The translations under genes were made by a program, and so were the position numbers. Under the pieces are notes generated by a model. It ran no database searches, had not been told where the DNA came from, and saw only the letters and a program-made list of their open reading frames with translations. Source: a bacterium (GTDB taxonomy: Bacteria > Patescibacteriota > Dojkabacteria > B142 > OLB20). Taken from it: DNA of 64,000 nucleotides. How positions within the stretch are numbered: the first letter of the stretch is position 1; every line of letters begins with the position of its first letter. The stretch spans positions 181,692 through 245,691 of the forward strand of contig JAJTYI010000006.1 in assembly GCA_021463645.1 (NCBI GenBank), in the 5' to 3' direction. Positions 39,214 through 50,617 of the stretch are shown one piece after another.

Positions 39214-39861
39214 TCAAAGTACTTTTTGTATCTCATTCCAATTCTTGAGCTGGTTTGGAACTTTCTCCTTTAACTCTTCTGGTGTCTCTTCCGCAATAAA
39301 TAAAATCGGCAATCCAACAGCTCCAAAAATGGGGATATCTGAGTCACCATCTCCAATCGCGGCACATTCTGTAGGTTTGATTCCTGTTTTATCACAAAAC
39401 TCCAACAAGAAATCTAATTTTTCTTCTCCGCGACTTAATTTGTAATCAAAATCGATTAAATAACCAGAATCATCAAATTTAAATTTTGTGGAAGCATAAT
39501 TATGTTCAATATGAAGCTTCTTCGAGGAGATTTCTACAAAAATATCTATCGCTCCAGATATTATGCATAAAGTGTACTTCTTCCTTAGATAATCTACTGC
39601 ATCTTTGGCACCTTTTCTAAATTTCACATTATTGAATATTTCCCTGATGTCATTAATATGTGTTTTTCCGGTCTTCACCCATAGTTTAATCAAAGTATCT
39701 TTTGCTTCTTTGTATTCTAACTTTCCACTTTTATAATTTTCGTAAATCTGTGTATGTGTATGTTTGTCCGCCCCAATAAGTTCAGTGAACTGAAGCCATG
39801 AAGCTTCGTCCGTCGTTAAGGTTTGATCTAAATCTAAAATTACTGCTCTAATATTTTCCAT
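39214..39861 (-). CDS. HAD-IB phosphatase (phosphoserine phosphatase-like)
   Basis: DLDQTL, ISG, K, GDGDSD. Confidence 0.88.
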   Translation of the reverse strand: MENIRAVILDLDQTLTTDEASWLQFTELIGADKHTHTQIYENYKSGKLEYKEAKDTLIKLWVKTGKTHINDIREIFNNVKFRKGAKDAVDYLRKKYTLCIISGAIDIFVEISSKKLHIEHNYASTKFKFDDSGYLIDFDYKLSRGEEKLDFLLEFCDKTGIKPTECAAIGDGDSDIPIFGAVGLPILFIAEETPEELKEKVPNQLKNWNEIQKVL

Positions 39862-40011
39862 CTATTGAGTAATTACTGTGTTATTATCTCATGTACTATG
39901 CAAAAAAATCGTATTCAACTATTTTTTTAATATACCCAAATCGCATTTCCGCAATACATTTACCCTTGAATAAGGTATACTCTATTTACTTTTACAATTT
40001 AATTCAATTAA

Positions 40012-40536
40012 ATGCCAGATTTTAGACAAAAAAATTATTCAGGTGGAAATAGAAACTTCAGAGGTGATAGAGGAAATTTCCGTGACCGAGACAGAGGTAA
40101 CCGCAACTACAACGATCGTGACGGAAACAAAGAAATGTTTGATGCAGTTTGTGATAACTGTGGAAGAAATTGCCAAGTGCCTTTTCAGCCTACAAGCGGA
40201 AAACCAATTTTCTGCAGTGATTGTTTCAGAGATAAACGAGATGGTGACGAAAGACCTTCAAGAGGGAATTTCAATGCTCCTCAATCTTCATCCAATTCAT
40301 CAAAAGATTTGTCAGCCTTGAATAGTAAATTAGATAAGATTATCTCACTACTAGAAAGACAATTAGAGCAAAGTACTCCTAAACAAAAGGAAACCGCTAT
40401 GATTGTTCAGCCTGAAATGGCTATAGTGGAGGAGAAGCCTAAAGCTACTGCTAAGAAGGCAGTTGCAAAGAAATCTACTGCGAAAAAAGCTTCAGCGAAA
40501 AAGACTGCAAAAAAGTCTAAATATTTAGAGGAGTAA
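40012..40536 (+). CDS. CxxC-x17-CxxC domain protein with R/G/D-rich N-terminus and Lys/Ala-rich tail
   Basis: CDNC...VPFQP..GKPIFCSDC; KKAVAKKSTAKK tail. Confidence 0.85.
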   Translation: MPDFRQKNYSGGNRNFRGDRGNFRDRDRGNRNYNDRDGNKEMFDAVCDNCGRNCQVPFQPTSGKPIFCSDCFRDKRDGDERPSRGNFNAPQSSSNSSKDLSALNSKLDKIISLLERQLEQSTPKQKETAMIVQPEMAIVEEKPKATAKKAVAKKSTAKKASAKKTAKKSKYLEE

Positions 40537-40556
40537 AAGTTTCGAAATTCTCGAAC

Positions 40557-40949
40557 CTAAAAAAGATAGATAAGCACAAATAGTGTCAAAACTATCCCGA
40601 TGAATGCATTTCTAAATCCTGATAATTGATAGAGGATATACACAGCATCGTTACCTAGCTTCTTTTGTGAGGTAGATGGTCGATATTTTTTCTCGCCAAA
40701 TTGTTGAAGGAGCCAGTAAATCATTTCTCCTAGTCCACGTAGAGTAAGGAATACACCAATTTCGAGCAGCATAAACTTCCAGCTAAATATTCCTGTTATA
40801 AGGATGAAAATCCAAATTGGAATAATTTCAAGAGCATCACCTTTTACATAGACATGTAACTGTCTGAGAATAAAGTTCGGTTTAGAATAAAACCATTTAT
40901 CAGTTAATTCTCCAGATTTAATTTTTTTTATAACTTTTATAGCGCTCAT
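40557..40949 (-). CDS. Hypothetical membrane protein
   Basis: Three hydrophobic segments. Confidence 0.65.
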   Translation of the reverse strand: MSAIKVIKKIKSGELTDKWFYSKPNFILRQLHVYVKGDALEIIPIWIFILITGIFSWKFMLLEIGVFLTLRGLGEMIYWLLQQFGEKKYRPSTSQKKLGNDAVYILYQLSGFRNAFIGIVLTLFVLIYLF

Positions 40950-41011
40950 TTTGCGTAAATATTGACTTTGTATAGTTAAATAACTACGATTATCTTAATT
41001 AATTATATATC

Positions 41012-41755
41012 ATGTACAAGTCAATTCCCACTTTTAGCAGAGTAATCGCTATTTTAACGGTTGTAACAACCTTGCTTTTTTCAGTATATGAAGGAGGTTT
41101 TTTAGGGTTAATTCTCTCTGCTGTTATTTGGGCTTTTGTTGGTTTTCTGTTGCCAAGGCTCAAGTTCATGGATTTAAGCAACTACTTTGCATTTTATGGA
41201 TTATTAATTGCCACAGCTGTTGTTGCAGTATCGGCACCTTTTATTGCCAATCTAATTACTTCAGAAAAAGAATCAAATGAGACAGAAAATGCCACAGTAG
41301 AGGATGTTACGAATAGCGATCTTGGGGTTTTACCTACTGATGAGCCCAACGAAGATGGTAGTATAGTTATTGAAGCAGGAGATGGAGTTTTAGGGGGGGA
41401 TGTTTTCCTATCATATATCGGTGAATCTGCTCGAGGAAAAGAAGCATATCTAGCTGATGGTGGAGTAACTGCAACTTATGTAGTTGAAACTACCGTTCCT
41501 GGCCAGTATGAATTATGGGTTAAAATCAATGACGATGGTCTTCATCTTGACGGTGCACGAAACGCAAAAGTCACTGTGAATACTAGTCAAGTTGGACAAT
41601 ATAACCATGTTAGTCAGGAAATAGACGGATAGAAATGGGTAGAAATAACTTCATTTACCTTAATGGATGGTGATAATACTGTAGTTTTTGAAAAAATCGA
41701 GGATACAACTGCTGCTTTCGTAATGGACGAATTTAAATTTGTTCCAGTAAATTAA
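41012..41755 (+). pseudogene. Membrane protein with C-terminal CBM6/35-like beta-sandwich, interrupted by in-frame TAG at 41630-41632
   Basis: Reading continues IDG*KWVEITSFTLMDGDNTVVF...DEFKFVP to TAA 41755. Confidence 0.65.
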
Positions 41756-41782
41756 TATTATTTTTAATTGTTAATCAAAAAT

Positions 41783-42079
41783 ATGAGTGACTTTATAATA
41801 AACATACAATCTTCCCCAGAAACAATTGATCCCCTATTAGGTACATTCATGGCTGGCTATCTTGGTTTCATGTTGATTGGATCAATAATCAACTGTTTGG
41901 TTAGTCTGGTGATTATTTTCTCTATTGTTGTTTTTATCATGGCTTTGATAGATATTGTCCAGAGAGAGAATTGGAAGGAGGAAAATGACAAAGTTATGTG
42001 GTTATTGCTGATTATTTTTGTTCCTCTAGCACAGTTTTATTACTATTTCGTTGAGAAGAAGAAATTAGAAGGCAAATAA
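41783..42079 (+). CDS. Small membrane protein, PLDc_N-like
   Basis: ALIDIVQR...KVMWLLLIIFVP. Confidence 0.65.
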   Translation: MSDFIINIQSSPETIDPLLGTFMAGYLGFMLIGSIINCLVSLVIIFSIVVFIMALIDIVQRENWKEENDKVMWLLLIIFVPLAQFYYYFVEKKKLEGK

Positions 42080-42221
42080 AATTTTCGATTAAAATATTAA
42101 AATTGAACCGCATTTTGATAGTGAGTAATTTGTGTGAGATTGCATAGTAATCTGCTTGATGAACAAATTGATTGTACTTCGATTTAAATATACAATAATC
42201 TAAATAACTTATTTCGAATTA

Positions 42222-43472
42222 ATGCGGTTACATCCCAAGTTAAAAAACGTTTCGATTCCGCGCTCACCGCTCAATATCTTTTTCCTATCATTTTTCCTAA
42301 TAATCATCGCAGATGGGACGATGAGCTATGTTTTTCCGATTGTTGTTGAGGAAAGTCTAAGCTCAAACACCTTGATGGGTATAATTATGGCGCTATCATC
42401 AATAACAGGGTTGATTTGTGATTTCATTTTCCCTTCATTAATCTCTCGTAAGAACTGGAAACAACTCTTAGTTGCGTGTGTACTTATGGCACTGTTGTTC
42501 CCAGTGCTTTCTTATTTTGGAGAAATATTCAATTTAGTTGGGTTCTTTATATTGGCAAGTATTGCATGGGGTGTTTATTATGAGTTCTTAGCTTTTTCAC
42601 AGCAGAATTATATTATCGAAAGCAACAAAGAGAAAAATTTCAGTAAGGACTGGGGATTGTTAGCCGTATTGATAAGTATGATGGAGGTAATCGCCCCGAT
42701 TCTAGGCTCAACGCTATTGGTTGTCGGTGGACTAGCTTATCCAGTAGCAGTTCTTTTGATGCTTTCAGTGGCGTTGGCAATATTAATGCTTCAAGAAACC
42801 AAGTCAGAAGAAGATGTTGAAATAAAAAGTGTTAGCAGAGAGTTGGTAAAGTTAATTAAAGAATTCAAGATGTGGGATTTGCTTTACGGCAGGGTGTGGC
42901 AAGTATTACTCGTATCGTTTGTTTTACAAAGTGTCTTCGCAACATATTGGACATTCGGAGGACTGTTTGGACAACAATTAGTCGGGGAAGAGGGGATGGA
43001 TTGGATAGTTATAGTTCTTTATGCAATCCCTTCGTTGATTGCATCGCTCTTGCTTTCCAAATTTATGATTAAGAAAAACAAGAAAAAACTTACACAAATA
43101 TTCCTAATCTTTGGTGGTTTTATTTTAACAATGTTGGTTTTTGCTCGTGAATCTGTTTATTTAACTGCATTTCTAATTTTACTCTCCAGTTTAATGTTTG
43201 CTTTTGCTTATCCATTAAATAATGCAGTCTTTAGTGACTTGGGTGCAAGATTGGGCAAAGAGAAAAACCACTTATTTGGAATGATGAATGCTATTGGATC
43301 GTTAGCTTTTATTGTGATTCCAATTGCTCTTGGAATATTAAGCGATAGTTATGGATATATTTATGCATTTGCTTTTACTGGAGCGTTTTCTATGATTGCG
43401 GGAATTGTATTAATTATTAAAACACCAAAGAAAATTCGTTTGCCTCAAAAGGAAATTCAATCAATGGATTAA
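42222..43472 (+). CDS. MFS transporter
   Basis: ~12 TM; APILG and LGILSD motifs. Confidence 0.8.
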   Translation: MRLHPKLKNVSIPRSPLNIFFLSFFLIIIADGTMSYVFPIVVEESLSSNTLMGIIMALSSITGLICDFIFPSLISRKNWKQLLVACVLMALLFPVLSYFGEIFNLVGFFILASIAWGVYYEFLAFSQQNYIIESNKEKNFSKDWGLLAVLISMMEVIAPILGSTLLVVGGLAYPVAVLLMLSVALAILMLQETKSEEDVEIKSVSRELVKLIKEFKMWDLLYGRVWQVLLVSFVLQSVFATYWTFGGLFGQQLVGEEGMDWIVIVLYAIPSLIASLLLSKFMIKKNKKKLTQIFLIFGGFILTMLVFARESVYLTAFLILLSSLMFAFAYPLNNAVFSDLGARLGKEKNHLFGMMNAIGSLAFIVIPIALGILSDSYGYIYAFAFTGAFSMIAGIVLIIKTPKKIRLPQKEIQSMD

Positions 43473-43476
43473 ATCT

Positions 43477-44118
43477 ATGGATATCACGAAAGAAACATAC
43501 GAGAGGGAGGGTGTTGTTGATGAATATTACGAAAGGTACTTAAATATCCCCGATTATTTCGAAATAAATATTTCAAAACTAGTAAAGAAATTTCCCGGGA
43601 AGAAATTACTTGATGTAGGTTGCGGTCCTGGTCAGTTCTCTCGAATTTTCGCCAATCAAGGCTTCGAAGTTGTTGGAATAGATTATTCTAAAACAATGAT
43701 AGAAAAGGCTAAATCACTTTCGGAGGATAAGGATAATCCCGAGTACAAAGTGATGGATATGCGAAATTTAAAAGGATTCTTCGATAAAAGTACTTTTGAC
43801 GTTATATGGGCTTCGGCCTCATTGTTACATTTAGATTTGGATGAGATTCAAAAAGTACTTTCGGATTTTAAATACATCTTAAAAAGAGGATGTCATATTT
43901 TTTTGATTGTTAAGTTAGGTGAACAGGGTACTATCTTACTAAATGATGGCGATTTGGGTGAGAGTGTTAGAAGAAAGTTCACTTTTATAAACGAACGTTG
44001 GTTTGAAGAATTATTAAAGAAACTAAAGCTTTCGATAATTGATAAGAAATTGAAAAAAGGTTCGGTAATAAATAAGCAGTCTTCATATTGGGGAAACTAT
44101 TGGCTGAAATCGGATTGA
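43477..44118 (+). CDS. Class I SAM-dependent methyltransferase
   Basis: LDVGCGPG, GIDYS, FDVIWASASLLH. Confidence 0.92.
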   Translation: MDITKETYEREGVVDEYYERYLNIPDYFEINISKLVKKFPGKKLLDVGCGPGQFSRIFANQGFEVVGIDYSKTMIEKAKSLSEDKDNPEYKVMDMRNLKGFFDKSTFDVIWASASLLHLDLDEIQKVLSDFKYILKRGCHIFLIVKLGEQGTILLNDGDLGESVRRKFTFINERWFEELLKKLKLSIIDKKLKKGSVINKQSSYWGNYWLKSD

Positions 44119-44150
44119 TGGTGTATGATATTGGTCGATTTCATTTATAA

Positions 44151-44375
44151 ATGCCCGATATACCTAATCCTCAACCTGGAAATGAGAAATATGTTAACCC
44201 CTTTGTAACTGGGGACAGGGTGATACATAAAGGGCTTGAATGGGTTGTTCTGAATCCACAAGTGCTCATAATCGATGGTAGAGATCAAGCGTTGATAGCC
44301 GCTGGTGCTTATAGTTCTATTAGAGACGTTGTTTTTGCAGACGAGTTGCAATTTCCACAAGTTGATGTTGACTAA
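44151..44375 (+). CDS. Small hypothetical protein
   Basis: 74-aa ATG ORF in the gap between genes. Confidence 0.45.
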   Translation: MPDIPNPQPGNEKYVNPFVTGDRVIHKGLEWVVLNPQVLIIDGRDQALIAAGAYSSIRDVVFADELQFPQVDVD

Positions 44376-44415
44376 TAATTTTTTTGCGAATATAATATCC
44401 CCATATAGGGGATAT
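44368..44415 (+). promoter_or_regulatory. Promoter with overlapping CsoR operator
   Basis: TTGACT(44368)-17-TATAAT(44391); palindrome ATATCCCC-ATATA-GGGGATAT at 44395-44415. Confidence 0.88.
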
Positions 44416-44418
44416 ATT

Positions 44419-44697
44419 ATGAAACAAGACAAAAGATTTAAAACAACTCCAAAAGACAAGGCGCTTCATAGGATTAAAATAATCCAAGGCCATTTGTCAG
44501 CAATAGAAGAAATGATTAATAACGACAAATACTGTGTCGATATAGTTCATCAGTCCAGAGCAGTCCAAAAAGCATTGAAGCAACTCGATTTATTGCTTAT
44601 CGAAAACCACTTAAAGACTTGTGTGGTGCACCAAATTCATAACCACGAGGAAACACGAACTACAGAAGAGTTATTAAAATTATTTGAATATAAATAA
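44419..44697 (+). CDS. csoR: CsoR family copper-sensing repressor
   Basis: RIKIIQGHL, C.DI..Q, H-L-K-T-C; ATG just after the operator. Confidence 0.88.
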   Translation: MKQDKRFKTTPKDKALHRIKIIQGHLSAIEEMINNDKYCVDIVHQSRAVQKALKQLDLLLIENHLKTCVVHQIHNHEETRTTEELLKLFEYK

Positions 44698-44699
44698 AT

Positions 44700-46133
44700 A
44701 TGAGAAAACATAAAAACGCTCAAACAATATACGTGGAGGGAATGCACTGTGCATCATGCGAGTTACTCATCGAAAAAACACTCGAAGAACATCCAGGTAT
44801 AAAAAAAGTTGATGCTTCTCTTGAAAAGGGTCAGGTGAAAATCGTATCCGATAAAAGTGATTCTGTTGATATTGAAAAATTAAATAAGGAATTTAAAGAA
44901 GCTGGTTATAAATTCAGTAATAAGCAATTTCCCAAGGAAAGCTATAAGTTAATTGAATTGACTGATGCCGGGATCGAGATAAACAGAGATAAATTTTATG
45001 AATATTTAAAAATATTTGGAATTCTCGTCTTTGTGTTGGTTCTTGTTATGTTAATCAATAATTCCAATATTGGCAGATATGCAGGTGTGGATGCAAATTC
45101 ATCTCTACCTGCATTCTTGGTCCTTGGTATTGTCGCTGGCTTATCTAGTTGCGCTGCTTTGGTTGGAGGATTATTACTGGTCATGACTAAGCAATGGAAT
45201 GATTTATACATTACTGACAAAACAAATAAACTCAAATTTCAACCACATCTTTTATTTCACACAGGACGTTTAATAGGCTACTTTATTTTTGGAGGACTGC
45301 TAGGACTTCTTGGCCAGGTAGTTTCAATAGGAAGTGGAACATCTTTTGCAATTGTCATTATTGCAGTTTCCGTAGTTATGTTGGTTCTGGCATTGCAAAT
45401 GATTGGAGTGAAACAAGTGCAAAATCTGCAGCTTAAAACACCTAAAGTAATTAGTAAATTCATAACTAATGAATCCAATTTTTCAGGTAAATATGCACCG
45501 TTTATTCTCGGTGCGTTAACATTCTTGCTTCCCTGTGGTTTTACATTAATCGCACAAGCCGCTGCTCTAGCTTCTTCAGGGTTTCTCAAAGGTGGTTTGA
45601 TTATGTTGTTTTTTGCCATTGGAACATTACCTATATTGGGTGGAATTAGTTTGACTGGAGTTAAATTCAATACAAAGCCGAAACTCACCTCAATGTTTAA
45701 TAAGACGGCCGGAATTTTAATTGTCGTTTTTTCAATTTATACGATCAATAGCCAACTCAATGTTTTGGGTTTGAAAAGTTTGAGTGATTTGGAACTCAAA
45801 AGTAACGATACTGTAACTGAGAAAGTTGATCAAGAAATCTCTGAGAATCCCGATGTTGACGAAAATGCTCAAAAATTAGTAATTGTTGCAGATGATTTTT
45901 CCTATACACCACAAGGGTCGATGACCATAGAGGCCGATAAGCCGACAGTGCTGGCAGTAAACAATAAAGGTGTACAAGGTTGTGGTAGGTTTATGGCAGC
46001 CCGAGGATTAATCGATAATTTTGTGGAGTTGGATGATGGGTGGAATTATGTTGAATTGACCCCGAAAAAAGGTGTTTATAAATTGACATGTACCATGGGC
46101 ATGGTACGTCCTGTGACAATCACAGTTATTTAA
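44700..46133 (+). CDS. HMA + DsbD_2/TauE-like membrane domain + cupredoxin-like protein
   Basis: GMHCASC; SSCAALVGG; LPCG; CTMGM. Confidence 0.85.
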   Translation: MRKHKNAQTIYVEGMHCASCELLIEKTLEEHPGIKKVDASLEKGQVKIVSDKSDSVDIEKLNKEFKEAGYKFSNKQFPKESYKLIELTDAGIEINRDKFYEYLKIFGILVFVLVLVMLINNSNIGRYAGVDANSSLPAFLVLGIVAGLSSCAALVGGLLLVMTKQWNDLYITDKTNKLKFQPHLLFHTGRLIGYFIFGGLLGLLGQVVSIGSGTSFAIVIIAVSVVMLVLALQMIGVKQVQNLQLKTPKVISKFITNESNFSGKYAPFILGALTFLLPCGFTLIAQAAALASSGFLKGGLIMLFFAIGTLPILGGISLTGVKFNTKPKLTSMFNKTAGILIVVFSIYTINSQLNVLGLKSLSDLELKSNDTVTEKVDQEISENPDVDENAQKLVIVADDFSYTPQGSMTIEADKPTVLAVNNKGVQGCGRFMAARGLIDNFVELDDGWNYVELTPKKGVYKLTCTMGMVRPVTITVI

Positions 46134-46152
46134 TTATTAGTGAACTTTCAAC

Positions 46153-48579
46153 ATGAATAAAACATTTGATGTCCTAGGCGTACATTGTGCTTCATGCAAA
46201 TCGCTAATTGAAAGGAATGTAAACAAACTTGATGGAATTAATGTGGTAAATGTTAACTTTGCGTCAGCGAAGATGATGGTCGATTATGATGAAAAGAAAG
46301 TAGGTCTTGAAGAAATTGCAAAAGCGGTAGCGAGTGCTGGAACTTACAAATTAGTAAAAAATGAAGATGAGGTGGTTCTTGCAAGTCCCGGTGAAATTAA
46401 TAAATCTCCTCACTTGAAAGGAATCGCAAAGCCAGCACATGGTGAAACTGGTCACAATCACGCAGAAATGCTCCGAGCTGATGAGTATAAATTACTAGAG
46501 AAAAAAACAATACTTGTAGGACTTGCGAATATTCCATTCTTGTTTGTGATGATAACTATGATTTTCAATAAAAACGAAGAGATGATGAGTTATTTAGGAA
46601 TGATTAAGCTTGAGAACTTCGGAATGTCTCTGAATTTGGATTGGGTTTTACAATTTTTCCTAGCTACTTTCATTCTTTTTTGGGGAGGAAGTCAGTTCTT
46701 CAAGAGTGCGTGGACTGCTTTGAAGAATAGAACTGCCAATATGGATACGCTCATTGCTCTCGGGACATTCGTAGCGTGGTTATTCTCGGCAGTTGTGACA
46801 TTTATACCTCAAATATTCACAGATATTGAAGCCGAACCGTTTTATGAAGCGGTAGGTTTTATCATCTTTTTTGTTTTACTTGGTAGATTGCTTGAGGCAA
46901 AGGCAAAAGGCAGCGCAAATCAGGCCGTTAAGAAGTTAATGGAAATCCAAGCAAAAGATGCGTCAGTGATTCGTGATGGAGTAGAGGTGAAGGTTCCTAT
47001 AAATGAAGTTGTAATTGGAGATATCGTAGTCGTAAGACCAGGTGAAAAGATTCCAGTTGATGGGGTTATTACCAAAGGAAGCAGCACGATCGACGAATCC
47101 ATGGTTACCGGAGAATCCATGCCAGCAGAAAAATCAGTTGGCCAAAATGTGATTGGTTCAACCATAAATAAATCATCTACTTTTCAGTTTAGTGCTGAAA
47201 AAGTTGGCAAAGACACACTACTTTCTCAAATCATAAAATTAGTTGAGGATGCACAAATGAGTTCAGCCCCGATACAGAAATTGGCAGATAAAATTTCCGC
47301 AATTTTTGTTCCGGTGATAGTAGTGATTTCACTTGTGGTAGCTATGTTCTGGTTACTTATCGCACCACAGCTAGGAATCGTTGGAGACATTTCTAGTGTG
47401 CAGTTAGCCATTTATATTTTCGCAACAATTTTAATTATTGCTTGTCCTTGTGCTTTGGGTTTAGCCACGCCTATTGCGGTGATGGTTGCAACTGGTAAAG
47501 CAGCAACAAAGGGGATATTGATCAAAGATGCTGAAGCATTTGAATTAGCATCCAAAGTCGACACCATAGTTTTCGATAAAACCGGTACTCTTACCAAAGG
47601 AGAAGTTGAAGTAGTTGAAACTGTATTAATTGAGAGTTTTAAAAGCAACAGTGATTTACTGGATAGTTTACGAATGGATGTATGGAACGAAGATACTTTG
47701 GTCACGTTATCGGCAGCACTTGAAAATAATTCGGAACATCCATTATCAGAAGCGATAGTAAAACTTGCTAATGATAAAAAACTAGATTTCGGTAAAATCA
47801 AAGTTGACTCTTTTAAAAACCATGAAGGTAAGGGTGTATCGGGAATCGTAAGAGGAAAAGAGGTTGTTATTGGAAATGAAAAGTTAATGGATAAATTTAA
47901 AATTGACTCTATAAAAGATGCGAATTCAGATATAAAAGATAAGTTGGAGAAGTACAGAAATGAAGGTAAAACTATCGTTTCGGTCGCTTATGGCAAGGAA
48001 ATTATTGGATATTTTGCACTTGCGGACGCTCTGAAGCCAGAAGCGAAAATTTTGATTAATCAAATAAAAAAGAAGGGCATTAATGTAATAATGCTCTCAG
48101 GGGATAACGAACAAACTGCTCGAGCAATAGCTGATAATTTAGGAATCGAAAATGTCATCGCGAATGTTCTACCCCAAGAAAAATCTGAAGTGATACAAAG
48201 ACTGAAAAGTGAAGAAAACGGCAAGATAATCGCAATGGTCGGTGATGGAATTAATGATGCACCTGCACTAACTTTGGCAGACGTAGGAATTTCAATGGGT
48301 ACTGGGACGGATATTGCCATAGAGTCAGGTGATATTGTCATTGTCGGAGGAAAAATCGAGAAGGTTCTAGAAGTTCTTGAGATTTCGTCAAAAACACTTA
48401 AAATTATTAAGGAGAACTTAATCTGGGCTTTCGGTTACAATATTATTGCTATTCCGATTGCAGGTGGATTGTTATATCCATTTATTGGGCTTTTACTTTC
48501 TCCAGTAATCGCTAGCGTTGCTATGGCTTTCAGTTCTATATCGGTTGTGCTAAATAGTCTAAGATTGAGGTCTGTTTAA
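46153..48579 (+). CDS. copA: Copper-translocating P1B-type ATPase
   Basis: HCASC, TGES, CPC, DKTGT, SEHP, GDGIND, YN, MAFSS. Confidence 0.95.
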   Translation: MNKTFDVLGVHCASCKSLIERNVNKLDGINVVNVNFASAKMMVDYDEKKVGLEEIAKAVASAGTYKLVKNEDEVVLASPGEINKSPHLKGIAKPAHGETGHNHAEMLRADEYKLLEKKTILVGLANIPFLFVMITMIFNKNEEMMSYLGMIKLENFGMSLNLDWVLQFFLATFILFWGGSQFFKSAWTALKNRTANMDTLIALGTFVAWLFSAVVTFIPQIFTDIEAEPFYEAVGFIIFFVLLGRLLEAKAKGSANQAVKKLMEIQAKDASVIRDGVEVKVPINEVVIGDIVVVRPGEKIPVDGVITKGSSTIDESMVTGESMPAEKSVGQNVIGSTINKSSTFQFSAEKVGKDTLLSQIIKLVEDAQMSSAPIQKLADKISAIFVPVIVVISLVVAMFWLLIAPQLGIVGDISSVQLAIYIFATILIIACPCALGLATPIAVMVATGKAATKGILIKDAEAFELASKVDTIVFDKTGTLTKGEVEVVETVLIESFKSNSDLLDSLRMDVWNEDTLVTLSAALENNSEHPLSEAIVKLANDKKLDFGKIKVDSFKNHEGKGVSGIVRGKEVVIGNEKLMDKFKIDSIKDANSDIKDKLEKYRNEGKTIVSVAYGKEIIGYFALADALKPEAKILINQIKKKGINVIMLSGDNEQTARAIADNLGIENVIANVLPQEKSEVIQRLKSEENGKIIAMVGDGINDAPALTLADVGISMGTGTDIAIESGDIVIVGGKIEKVLEVLEISSKTLKIIKENLIWAFGYNIIAIPIAGGLLYPFIGLLLSPVIASVAMAFSSISVVLNSLRLRSV

Positions 48580-48677
48580 AGGTAATCTATCACAACTATT
48601 TCAACTCTTTTCAAATCTTTTTTCGATTTTGCGATGAAATTGATTTAAGTGTACACTTTGTTGATTAATATATTCCT

Positions 48678-49464
48678 GTGAAAAAGTATCTGAAACAAAA
48701 CCTTCGAACAATTTTATACATTTTAGTTCCACTATTGATAATCTCAATTTTCTCAACTTATGTTGTAGCATCAGCAGAGAAACACAATAATCCACTTTGG
48801 GCAGATCCTGGTAATGCGCTTTGGTGGTGGTTGATTACAATCTCGACGATAGGGTATGGCGATATGGTTCCTACCACCTACTTAGGAAGATTCTTTGGTT
48901 CTTTTGTCGTCCTTTCCGGAGTGGTATTTTTCGGAACAGTTGTTTCGGAATTAGGAATTCTTTTAAAGGTCACCTCCCAAAAAGAACACCTAGGATTAAA
49001 AAAGATTAAGGATAAAGATCATATTATTATACTCGGAGACAATCCACTATTAAGCAGTCTGACATCAAATATTAGGAAAATTGATGAGAATAAAAAAATA
49101 ACTGTTGTTACTCATCATTTGGAATCAAGACCATATGAAGACATTTCTTTTGTAAAAGTGATCCTAGATATCATGAAACCCTTGTGAGGGCAAATGTGAA
49201 AGATGCTTCTCTAGCGATTATCCTTGCGGATGATCAGATAAATAATCCCGATGCCTATAGCATAATAATCGGAAATGAACTGGAGAAGATGAACCCCTTA
49301 CTAATTAAGATTGCAGAAATTACGGATGAAAGATGGAAAAGTATTTTACAGATTCGGGAATTGATGTTTTTGTTACTGAGAAGAAATTCTTAAAGAGTAT
49401 ACACAGCAAGGCGAACAACCAAGTTTCTGAAATTCTCGAAAAAGTTATGAAAACTAATAAGTAG
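48678..49464 (+). pseudogene. Potassium channel with RCK/TrkA-N domain, two frameshifts
   Basis: TIGYGD filter; restoring one base near 49157 gives VKGDPRYHETLVRANV and one near 49340 gives RWKKYFTDSGID...; ends TAG 49464. Confidence 0.75.
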
Positions 49465-49468
49465 GCAA

Positions 49469-50617
49469 TTAATCTGTTTTCGGTAATGTTATCACGAATA
49501 TTGTACCCATAGGTTTATTCTCCTGGATTTTAATCTCCCCATTATGTAGGTTGATTATTTCCTTTGTGATTGCTAACCCAAGTCCACTTCCACCAGTTTT
49601 TCGTGACCTAGAGTCGTCAATCCTGAAGAATCTTTCAAATATTAGTTTATGATATTTCTTATCGATACCAGGACCATTGTCTATAACCTTTGTAATAAGT
49701 TCTCTAGCATTGCTTTCAATCTGAATCTCGATTATCGATTGCTCTTGAGAATACTTAATAGCATTTTCCACTACGTTACTAATAGCTCTATTGAGTAGAG
49801 TAGGATTAGCTTTAATTAAGATTTTCTCTTCTGGGGTAGTTATTTTTACTTCAATATCTTTTTTATTCGCAATCGAGTCCAGATTTTTAGTCAGGTTTTT
49901 AATCAATCTTAAATAATTAACACTCTCAAAACTTTTTTTGTACTTTTCGAGCGAGCTCAGAAGTAACAAATCTTCCAGTAAAACGTTCATATTATATACT
50001 GTCCCGAGCGATGTTTCGAGATATTCTTTAGTGTCTCTTGGAATGTTTTTATTCATTAAAGCTGTTTCGATATTAGTCATCAATACTGCCATTGGAGTTT
50101 TCAATTCGTGTGATGCATTGGCAACGAATTCACCTTGCACATCAAATGACTTCTGAAGTCTGTCTGTCATAGTATTGAAATTTCCAATAAGTTCATCAAT
50201 CTCGTCGTTTGTACCACTTTGGGGAATTTTCCTATGGAGATTTTTTGCTTCAATTTCTGAAATTTCTTTGTTAATTCTTTTTATTGGGCGGAGCATTTGT
50301 TTAGCTAGAATGTAACCGCCGGTAATACCAATGAGTAAATTTCCGGTTATCACGAAAAGTGATATCTTTTGAATTTGCTTTGCATCGTTTTCGCGAATTT
50401 CTTTAAGTAAATCTCGGATACGGTAATTTCCTCTATTGTCATGTTCGAGTGTGAGGAATCTTTGACGGATTGGTCCTGGGAGCACATCCTCCAATGTCTG
50501 ATTGACGAATCGAACGTATATGAAGTTCACAACAAATAAAATTATCATCCCGCTGATAAATGTTACTAATCCGTACCAAAATGTAAGTTTGAAGTTGATG
50601 CTTTTGTGGAATTTCAT
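49469..50617 (-). CDS. HAMP-domain sensor histidine kinase
   Basis: SHELKTP, NAIKY, DNGPG, GSGLGL. Confidence 0.95.
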   Translation of the reverse strand: MKFHKSINFKLTFWYGLVTFISGMIILFVVNFIYVRFVNQTLEDVLPGPIRQRFLTLEHDNRGNYRIRDLLKEIRENDAKQIQKISLFVITGNLLIGITGGYILAKQMLRPIKRINKEISEIEAKNLHRKIPQSGTNDEIDELIGNFNTMTDRLQKSFDVQGEFVANASHELKTPMAVLMTNIETALMNKNIPRDTKEYLETSLGTVYNMNVLLEDLLLLSSLEKYKKSFESVNYLRLIKNLTKNLDSIANKKDIEVKITTPEEKILIKANPTLLNRAISNVVENAIKYSQEQSIIEIQIESNARELITKVIDNGPGIDKKYHKLIFERFFRIDDSRSRKTGGSGLGLAITKEIINLHNGEIKIQENKPMGTIFVITLPKTD

